Source: Chloroflexota bacterium
Lineage (GTDB): Bacteria > Chloroflexota > UBA6077 > JACCZL01
Reading direction: 5' to 3'
Assembly: GCA_046328125.1 (NCBI GenBank)
Contig: JAXLXF010000010.1
Location: 87,808-151,807, forward strand
DNA length: 64,000 bases
The notes under the pieces are model-generated. The model made no database searches and was not told the origin of the DNA. It worked only from the letters and a program-made list of their open reading frames with translations. The position numbers were made by a program, and so were the translations under genes. Positions 57,401 through 64,000 of the stretch are shown piece by piece. Position 1 is the first letter of the stretch. The number at the start of each line of letters is the position of its first letter.

Positions 57401-58459
57401 GATGTTCCGCGCCGCGTTGAGGTCGGCGTTGCCCTGAGCCGAGCATTGCCGACAGCGGAAGCGCGCACCGGCTCGGTTGGCCCGCTCGACGTGGCCACAG
57501 GCATTGCACCGTTGGCTGGTGTGGCGGGGATCGACCCCGACCACGCGGCACCCGGCGGCTGCGGCCTTGTACTCCAGGAACGCTCGCATCTGGGCGAACG
57601 ACCAGGAGTGCAGACGGCGGCGGGAGGCCCGGCCGCGCTGCTTGGCGCGAGAGCGGATGTCGGTCAGGTTCTCCACCACGATGGTCGTGCCGGGACTGGC
57701 CGACTGGACGATGCGCTTCGAGAGGACGTGGTCGCAGTCGCGCCGAAACCGAGCGATCCGGCCCGCCAGCTTCCGGAGATGCCGGTGGGCGGATTTCGTG
57801 CCTTTGGCTTGCAGGCTGCGCTTCAGGCGGAAGGTGCGACGGTCAAGGTTCTTCCAGCGCCGCTCGCCCAGGAACCGCGCCGCGCTGGTCACGGCGGGGC
57901 GCGTCAGGCCCAGGTCGACGCCGACCGTCTGGCCAGTGTCGGAGAACGGCACGTCGGGCAGCGTCAGGACGACGTGCAGCCAGAGCTTGCCCGATCTCAG
58001 GATCAGGTCGGCACTGGCGGTACCGGTCGCCTGAGCCAGCAGCCCAGCGGCGTGCGGATGCGTGGCGAACGAAATCACCTGCCGACCGTCCACACTGGCG
58101 AGGCTAGCCGTCTGGCCGATCAGACGGTAGGAGCGAGCGTCGTAACGGATCGGGACCATGCGGCCGGTCGGGCACCCGGCCCGTCGCCCCTGACGCTTGC
58201 GGGTCAGCGCCGATTTGAGCGCCTCGTTGGCGCGCGTCCTGGCCGAGACGACCAGTTGGGCCGGCAGGCTCGGATGCTCGGCCCGCAGCGGGTAGTAGGT
58301 CGCCTTGTGCAACTCGACGCCGTTCCGCTGCTCGTGGTGCCAGCCGTACGCTGCGACCGCGTTGAAGCACGCCGTGGACTGAGCCAGCGTCTCCAGCAGG
58401 ACACGTCGCTGCTCGGCGGCCGGCTTCAAGCGGACGCGGATGGTTCGTTGCACGGTCAT
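57266..58459 (-). CDS. tnpB: TnpB (IS605 OrfB-family RNA-guided endonuclease), apparently intact
   Basis: 397 aa. RuvC motifs are GVDLG (D), VVENL (E) and NADLNAARNI (D). The zinc finger is CNACGH...CRQC. The N-terminus is OrfB-like. Confidence 0.9.
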   Translation of the reverse strand: MTVQRTIRVRLKPAAEQRRVLLETLAQSTACFNAVAAYGWHHEQRNGVELHKATYYPLRAEHPSLPAQLVVSARTRANEALKSALTRKRQGRRAGCPTGRMVPIRYDARSYRLIGQTASLASVDGRQVISFATHPHAAGLLAQATGTASADLILRSGKLWLHVVLTLPDVPFSDTGQTVGVDLGLTRPAVTSAARFLGERRWKNLDRRTFRLKRSLQAKGTKSAHRHLRKLAGRIARFRRDCDHVLSKRIVQSASPGTTIVVENLTDIRSRAKQRGRASRRRLHSWSFAQMRAFLEYKAAAAGCRVVGVDPRHTSQRCNACGHVERANRAGARFRCRQCSAQGNADLNAARNIRDRHRVGWASGSTGGQSVKLPIVGDAGVPHQSSAHKPPALAGGT

Positions 58460-58533
58460 AATATAGTCGATTTTGCAGCTAGTTGGCGCGGTTGCGACCG
58501 CTGCTCCATTCCTCCCCCTGCTAAAGCAGGGGG
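57273..58533 (-). mobile_element. TnpB-only IS200/IS605-family (IS1341-like) element, minimum extent defined by subterminal hairpins
   Basis: CCGCCAGC-TAAA-GCAGGCGG lies at 57273..57292 and CCCCCTGC-TAAA-GCAGGGGG at 58514..58533. Both are on the same strand and bracket tnpB. No Y1 tnpA is present. Confidence 0.7.
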
Positions 58534-58551
58534 TCTCCTGGAGCGATCTTT

Positions 58552-60258
58552 ATGACGCAGGAGAGTCAAGAGAGCGTGCACAGTCACGCCGGGTTCGTCG
58601 GGGTGCACTCGCACGAGGGCGGCGCTCCGCACTGGCACGACGAGTTCGGCGAGCACCTGTTCGAAGACCTGAGCGCGGAGGAGTTTGCCGCGCGTCAGCT
58701 CGACTGGCGCAAGCACAACGTCCAGATCGTGACCGTCGGCATCGACATCGGGTCGTCCACGTCCCACCTGATGTTCTCGAAGATCTACCTGCAACTGGTG
58801 GGCGAGGCCCCGGACGTGCGCGCCGTGACCGTCGCCCGCGAGCTGCTGTACCAGTCGCCGATCTGGCTGACGCCGTACCTGCCCGACAACACCATCGACA
58901 TGATGGCGCTGGACGAGTACTTCGCCGAGGCGTACGGCGCCGTGGACGCCACCCGCGAGCACGTCGACACCGGCGCGATCATCCTGACCGGCGAGGCGCT
59001 GAAGCGGGTCAACGCCCGCACCATCATGACGCTGTTCTCGAGAGAGGCCGGCCAGTTCGTGGTGGCGACGGCCGGGCACCACATGGAGGCCGTACTGGCC
59101 GCCCACGGCTCCGGCACGGTGGCCCGCTCCCGCCGCGACCAGCGGACCCTCCTGAACGTGGACATCGGCGGCGGCTCGACCAAGCTCGCGCTGGTCGTGG
59201 ACGGCCACGTCGTCGCGACCGCTGCCGTAGCGGTCGGGGCGCGGCAGATCGCCCGCGACGCGGAGGGCCGGCTGACGCGGATCGACGGCCCGGCCCAGAT
59301 CGTGGCCGATGCGCTCGGGATCGCGCTGACGCTGGGCGAGCCGCTCTCAGCAGCCGACGAGCAACAGATCGTCCAGACCTGGACCGAGATCCTGGCCGGG
59401 CTGATCCAGCGCAAGCCGCCAGAGGGTCTGGCCGCCGGGTTGATGCTGACCGACCCGCTCCCGGCCGGCCCCCGCGCCCAGGCCCTGACCTTCTCCGGCG
59501 GCGTCTCGGAGTACATCTTCCAGCGCGAGGAGCGCGATTTCGGCGACCTCGGCCTGCCGCTGGCGAAGGCGCTTCGCAACGCGCTCAGCCGCAACCGGTT
59601 CGGGCTGCCCGCCATCGTCGATCCGAACCTCGGGATCAGGGCGACGGCGGTCGGCGCCTCCCAGTTCGACGTCCAGGGCGGCGTCAACGCGTTCATCACC
59701 GACGAGTCGATCCTGCCGCTGACGAACGTGCCGGTCCTGGCGCCGCGCCTGGAGCTGGACGACGACGTGTCGGCTGAGACGGTGGCCGCGTCGATTCGGG
59801 AGGCACTGGCACGGGCCGAGCTCGCAGACGGCGAGCAGCCGGTCGCGCTGACGTTCGACCTGCCGGGCAGTGGCGCGCACGAGTCGCTGATACAGGCGCT
59901 CGCGGCCGGCATCCGCGACGCGCTGCCGAGCACGACGGCCGGCGCGGCTCCGCTGGTGCTGGTCGTCAACCAGGGCGTCGAGAACCAGTTCGTGACGCCG
60001 GACCAGGACGTCCAGGTGCTCCGGGAGCAGCATCCCGCCGTCCGCCTCGGCACGGCGCTGACGGAGAGTCTGGGGCTGGCCGGTCAGATGGTCGCGATGG
60101 AGGGTGTGCACCTCACCGAGCTCGACTTCGTGGATGTGGGCCAGGTGATGCACCCGAGCGAGGTGGTGCCGGTGACGGTCAAGTCGCTGCTGTTCGCCGG
60201 CGGCATGGACCGGCGCAGCGTCAAGCAGGCGCTGATCGACGCGGCGCTGAGGCGCTGA
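58552..60258 (+). CDS. EutA-family (ASKHA-fold reactivase-like) ATPase with ~50-aa His-rich N-terminal extension
   Basis: VGIDIGSSTSHLMFS, DTGAIILTGEALK..NAR, VVATAGHHMEAVLAAHGSG, LLNVDIGGGSTKLAL and the C-terminal VVPVTVKSLLF parallel E. coli EutA as I recall it. The N-terminus is SVHSHAGFVGVHSHEGGAPHWHDEFGEH. Confidence 0.8.
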   Translation: MTQESQESVHSHAGFVGVHSHEGGAPHWHDEFGEHLFEDLSAEEFAARQLDWRKHNVQIVTVGIDIGSSTSHLMFSKIYLQLVGEAPDVRAVTVARELLYQSPIWLTPYLPDNTIDMMALDEYFAEAYGAVDATREHVDTGAIILTGEALKRVNARTIMTLFSREAGQFVVATAGHHMEAVLAAHGSGTVARSRRDQRTLLNVDIGGGSTKLALVVDGHVVATAAVAVGARQIARDAEGRLTRIDGPAQIVADALGIALTLGEPLSAADEQQIVQTWTEILAGLIQRKPPEGLAAGLMLTDPLPAGPRAQALTFSGGVSEYIFQREERDFGDLGLPLAKALRNALSRNRFGLPAIVDPNLGIRATAVGASQFDVQGGVNAFITDESILPLTNVPVLAPRLELDDDVSAETVAASIREALARAELADGEQPVALTFDLPGSGAHESLIQALAAGIRDALPSTTAGAAPLVLVVNQGVENQFVTPDQDVQVLREQHPAVRLGTALTESLGLAGQMVAMEGVHLTELDFVDVGQVMHPSEVVPVTVKSLLFAGGMDRRSVKQALIDAALRR

Positions 60259-60262
60259 GGCG

Positions 60263-61444
60263 CTAATACTCGCGGACGGGCGAGGCCGCCACGGCCGGCG
60301 GCCGGTACGCGGCGATCCAGGCGAGCACCTTCTCCGGCGGCATCGCCCGCGCGATGGCGAAGCCCTGCGCCTGGGCGACGCCGATCGAGTGGAGCATCTC
60401 CCAGCAGCCGAGATCCTCGACGCCTTCGGCGACGGTGGACATGCCCAGATGCTGGGCCAGCAGCGCCAGCGTGCGCACGATCGCCTGGCTATCTCGGTTG
60501 TGCACGAGATCCACGACGAAGCTCTTGTCGATCTTCAGCTCGTCGAACGGCATCCGGTGCAGAACCCCGAGATTCGAGTAGCCCGTTCCGAAGTCGTCCA
60601 GGGCAAGGTGGACACCGCGCAACCGCAGCCTGCCGAGCGTCTCGGTGGTCTGGGCCGGGCTGCGCATGGCGGCGCTCTCGGTGATCTCCAGCACGATGTT
60701 CGAGGTCGGCATACGATGCGCGGCGAGCAAGTCCAGCAGCGTGTCGAGGAACCGTTCGCGAGCCAGGATCGGCGCCGGCACGTTGACGGCCACCGTCAGG
60801 TCATGCCCTTCGGCCGACCAGGACAACCAGTCCCGGACCGCTCGGGTGAGGACGACGTCGGTGACCGGCCCAATGACCCCGGTCGCCTCGGCCAGCGGGA
60901 TGAACGCGTCTGGCTCGACCAGGCCGCGCGTCGGATGGAGCCAGCGCACGAGCGCCTCGAATCCGACCAGGCGACCACCCACCACCTCGACCTTCGGCTG
61001 GTAGTAGAGGGTCAGCTCACCTCGGGCCAGCGCGTCCCGGAGCTCGTCAGTCTGCTCGTGGATCTCGGGCCTGCGGTACGCTTCGAGGATGTCGCCGAGC
61101 GCGTTCGGCTGGACCGGCTTTGGCATGGCGCCCACCATCGTCAGGCCATGCGACTCGCCGACTCGGCGTGCCGTTTCGAGGACGCGGTCGTCGAAGCCGC
61201 TCACCAGCACGATGGGGACCGTGCAGCCGCGCTGCTTGAGGGACGCCATCAGCTCAATGCCGTCGCCCTCGTCAAACTGGAGGTCGAGGACGATGACGGT
61301 CGGGTCGAACGGCTCGTAGGCAGCGTCGAACTGGGCTACCGTGCTGGTAGCCTCGACCTCGTACCGCCAGCGTCGCCCGACTTCGAGGAGGTACTGGAGC
61401 ACCTGGGGGTCGTCGTCGAGGATCAGAAGGCGATTGGCAGCCAT
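60263..61444 (-). CDS. Response-regulator receiver + EAL domain protein (c-di-GMP phosphodiesterase)
   Basis: The likely start is M27 ([13 protein letters not shown]...). Receiver Asp context is VIVLDLQF. The EAL motifs [19 protein letters not shown] and DDFGTGYS are present. Confidence 0.9.
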   Translation of the reverse strand: MAANRLLILDDDPQVLQYLLEVGRRWRYEVEATSTVAQFDAAYEPFDPTVIVLDLQFDEGDGIELMASLKQRGCTVPIVLVSGFDDRVLETARRVGESHGLTMVGAMPKPVQPNALGDILEAYRRPEIHEQTDELRDALARGELTLYYQPKVEVVGGRLVGFEALVRWLHPTRGLVEPDAFIPLAEATGVIGPVTDVVLTRAVRDWLSWSAEGHDLTVAVNVPAPILARERFLDTLLDLLAAHRMPTSNIVLEITESAAMRSPAQTTETLGRLRLRGVHLALDDFGTGYSNLGVLHRMPFDELKIDKSFVVDLVHNRDSQAIVRTLALLAQHLGMSTVAEGVEDLGCWEMLHSIGVAQAQGFAIARAMPPEKVLAWIAAYRPPAVAASPVREY

Positions 61445-61736
61445 CGTCCGACTCTCAGGCCACGTGGACGCTCCGACGACCCCATCAGACCGTCTGAGAT
61501 CGGCGTCGGCCGCGCGCACCATGGGCGGGCGCGCACCTGCACGAACCGGGCCATCGCGTCCCCACGCTCGCGGCCGGCTCGGTCCTCAGCATGGTCGCGT
61601 GGCACACGTCCATTGAGATGATGATGGTGATGATACCGCGGCGCTGGTGGACGATCTCGTCAACAAGCCGCCCTGGCCGCCGGGGGCCAGGGTGGCGACG
61701 CGGCGCTGAGCGACGTCGGGCGAGCCAGTGCAGCGG

Positions 61737-62147
61737 CTACGCCTCGGTCGGGTCGAGGTCCAACGAGAGCGAGTTGATGCAGTAGCGCAGGCCGGTCGGC
61801 ATCGGGCCGTCCTCAAAGACGTGCCCGAGGTGGCCGCCACAGCGCCGGCAGGTGACCTCGGTGCGGATCATGCCGTGGCTGTGGTCGGGCGTGAGGACGA
61901 CGGCCTCCTGGAGCGCCGGCTCGGTGAAGCTGGGCCAGCCGCAGTGCGAATCGAACTTGGTTTCTGACGTGAACAGCTCGGCGCCGCAGCCGGCGCAGCG
62001 GTAGACGCCCTTGTCCTTCGTCAGGTTGTACTGGCCGGTCCAGGGGCGCTCGGTCCCCTTCTGGCGCAGCACGTAGAACTGCTCGGGCGTCAGGCGCTCG
62101 CGCCACTCCGCCTCGGTCTTCGGCATGCTCGCTTCGTCGGTGCTCAT
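61737..62147 (-). CDS. msrB: Peptide-methionine (R)-S-oxide reductase
   Basis: 136 aa. Zn CxxC pairs ([21 protein letters not shown]) and the catalytic GWPSF...RTEV context. Confidence 0.93.
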   Translation of the reverse strand: MSTDEASMPKTEAEWRERLTPEQFYVLRQKGTERPWTGQYNLTKDKGVYRCAGCGAELFTSETKFDSHCGWPSFTEPALQEAVVLTPDHSHGMIRTEVTCRRCGGHLGHVFEDGPMPTGLRYCINSLSLDLDPTEA

Positions 62148-62186
62148 GCTGCCCTCCCTGCTCGCTCAAAGTCTACCGGTGCGCGG

Positions 62187-62969
62187 TCAGGACGTGCCTG
62201 TCTTACGTCCGAGAAAGTCGAGCACCAGCTTATTCCACGCCTCCGGCCGCTCCCAGTGCGCCGAGTGCCCGGCGTCCGCGACGGTCGCCATCTCGCAGCC
62301 AGGAATCCGATCCGCGAGGAGCCGCATCAGCGACGGCGGGGCGAGCAGGTCCGCGTCCGACGCGAGCACGAGCGTCGGGACGTGGAGCGCTTCGAGGAGT
62401 GCGAGGGTGAGGGTCAGGTAGCGCTGCTGGCGCGGCGCCGTCTCGCCGTGTCCCTCGTGGATGATCTGGAGCCAGCGCGCCACGCCCGCAGGGTTCTCGG
62501 CGCGGTACGACGGCCCGACCTCGCGCAGCTCGATCGGGATGGCACGGAGCGCCGCGGGCACGATCCGGTTCAGGATCTCCTGATACTCGGCGTCCACGAT
62601 GGCGCCCTGGCTGGTGGCGAGCACGAACGCGCGGAGCCGGTCCTGGAAGCGAAGCGCGTAGTCGAGGGCGCCCATGCCGCCGTACGCCGCTCCGACCAGG
62701 ACGAACGGCCCGAGGCCGAGGGTCTGGGTCAGCGCCTCCAGATCCGAGCTGAGGTGGCCGGCCTCGGTCGCCGAAGGCGACTGACGGGAGTTGCCAAAGC
62801 CCCGCTGGTCGAACGTGATGCAACGATAGCCAGCAGCCGTGAAAGCCGGGAGCTGGTTGACCCAGCAGCGGCTGTCGGCGGCGGCCGGATGGACGAAGAC
62901 GACCGGCACGCCGTCACCGCCCGTGTCTTCGTACCAGATCTGCGCGTCCGGGATCTCTGCGAACGGCAT
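62187..62969 (-). CDS. Alpha/beta-fold hydrolase
   Basis: The likely start is M60 of the track ORF (MPFAEIPDAQIWYEDTG...). Oxyanion context is VVFVHP and the nucleophile elbow is GAAYGG. The C-terminal His lies in AGHSAHWE. Confidence 0.85.
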   Translation of the reverse strand: MPFAEIPDAQIWYEDTGGDGVPVVFVHPAAADSRCWVNQLPAFTAAGYRCITFDQRGFGNSRQSPSATEAGHLSSDLEALTQTLGLGPFVLVGAAYGGMGALDYALRFQDRLRAFVLATSQGAIVDAEYQEILNRIVPAALRAIPIELREVGPSYRAENPAGVARWLQIIHEGHGETAPRQQRYLTLTLALLEALHVPTLVLASDADLLAPPSLMRLLADRIPGCEMATVADAGHSAHWERPEAWNKLVLDFLGRKTGTS

Positions 62970-63254
62970 CCGATTCCCCCTCCACGGCTCCCCGCCGACG
63001 ACTCCACGACCAACCGGCGGACAGCTCGACGGCCGACCGGCCGTTCTCGAAGACACTACCACGCGAGCGACGCGTCTCACACCGAGGTTGTCGGCGATGC
63101 ACCACGTGGGGCGCACCACTCGGTGGCAGGCAGTGAGATTGCGCAACTTTCGGGGTCGGTGTGGCTGGCAGGGAGTGGGGTATCATCGGCGCGTGGCGCC
63201 GCGCGATCGGCTCTGCCCGATGGTCGGCGGTGACATGAAGGACTGGAGACGACG

Positions 63255-64000
63255 ATGGAGTACGGGACTCTGCCAGACGTCGAAGGGCGCGTCTCGCGGC
63301 TCGTGATGGGCAGTATGGTCTTCTCGACCGAGAAGCAGGAGTACACCAACGAGATCCTGGATCGCTGGCTCGAAGTTGGTGGCACCACCATCGACACGGC
63401 CCGCGTCTACGCGAAGGGGACCAGCGAAGAGGCAGTTGGCAAATGGCTGCAGGCGCGCGGTTGCCGCGACAAGGTGATCGTCATCGGGAAGGGCGCGCAC
63501 CCCGACAACGCGACGATGGAGCAGCGGATCAACGCGGCTTCGATCCACGCGGACATTGAAACCAGCCTGCGCGCGATGCAACTAGAGAAGATGGATCTGT
63601 ACATCCTCCACAAGGATGACGCGGACGCGCCGGTCGGGCCGGTGGTCGAGGCGCTGAACGAGGAGTTCGGGGCCGGGCGGATCGGTGCATTCGGGGGCTC
63701 GGGCTGGACGCAGCAACGGATCGAAGCAGCCAACGAGTACGCCGACAAGCACGGCCTCAAGCCGTTCACGGTGAGCAGCCCGAACTTCTCGCTGGCGGTG
63801 CCGAACGAGCCGATGTGGGTGGGCTGCGTGAGCCTCTCCGGCGACGAGGAGGCACTGGCCTGGTACGAGAAGACCCAGTTCCCGGTCTTCGCGTGGTCGT
63901 CGCAGGCGAGGGGCTTCTTCAGCGGCCGGTACACGCCCGAGCTGGCCGAGGAGTTTCGGGCAAAGCAGCCGCACTTCGACGAGCTGCCGCTGCCCGAGCG
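63255..64000 (+). CDS. Aldo/keto reductase, 3'-truncated by the window end
   Basis: The frame is open from ATG 63255 to the window edge, so it is not in the ORF track. Translation begins MEYGTLPDVEGRVSRLVMGS...IDTARVYAKGTSEEAVGKWL...LYILHKDD, carrying the catalytic D/Y/K/H pattern. Confidence 0.8.
   Translation, partial: MEYGTLPDVEGRVSRLVMGSMVFSTEKQEYTNEILDRWLEVGGTTIDTARVYAKGTSEEAVGKWLQARGCRDKVIVIGKGAHPDNATMEQRINAASIHADIETSLRAMQLEKMDLYILHKDDADAPVGPVVEALNEEFGAGRIGAFGGSGWTQQRIEAANEYADKHGLKPFTVSSPNFSLAVPNEPMWVGCVSLSGDEEALAWYEKTQFPVFAWSSQARGFFSGRYTPELAEEFRAKQPHFDELPLPE

Noticed and set aside
60241-60265. GCGCTGAG GCGCTGAG GCGCTA direct repeat spanning the two convergent stop codons, which are only 4 nt apart.
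   Set aside because: It is a very short 8-mer repeat in GC-rich sequence, plausibly chance, with no structure or function inferable.

Overview
Very GC-rich window (judged by eye, not computed). Ala/Pro-rich linkers, Tat-lipoprotein signals and GC-rich palindromic intergenic elements suggest a Chloroflexota- or Actinobacteria-like chromosome; this taxonomic guess is inference only. Most of the window is chromosomal metabolism. It includes gltB-hom, an amidase, an ABC-F ATPase, a citrate synthase / PrpF / aconitase block with an ABC importer, a MetE-like / aminotransferase / ThrC-like / HpcH-aldolase block, a GS-like ligase, msrB and several oxidoreductases. Accessory content is interleaved with these. 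It comprises a HEPN-MNT toxin-antitoxin pair and a CHASE2 adenylate cyclase. There is a surface-protein island with two giant exported proteins that share a ~105-aa Cys-bracketed domain and flank an atypical (Asp->Glu) LuxR response regulator. There is an NrfC/NrfD-type membrane redox pair with no catalytic subunit, followed by three exported Ig-like proteins. An intact TnpB-only IS200/IS605 element with matching TAAA-loop end hairpins sits between a His-rich methyltransferase and a His-rich orphan EutA-like ATPase. A strongly SD-preceded 48-codon ORF, absent from the ORF track, resembles a class II lanthipeptide leader with no core. Non-coding structure is rich. I found a family of 20-bp (9+2+9) perfect palindromes, a 66-bp perfect palindrome, a nested ~100-bp GC-rich inverted repeat and two related heptanucleotide (CAGGAGW) repeat arrays. 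I also found twin TGTCCA-N2-TGGACA operator-like sites 21 bp apart. Many long ORFs in the track are antisense or upstream-extension artefacts of high GC and were not called. All homology calls come from motif recognition by eye; no searches were run. I found no rRNA, tRNA or CRISPR.
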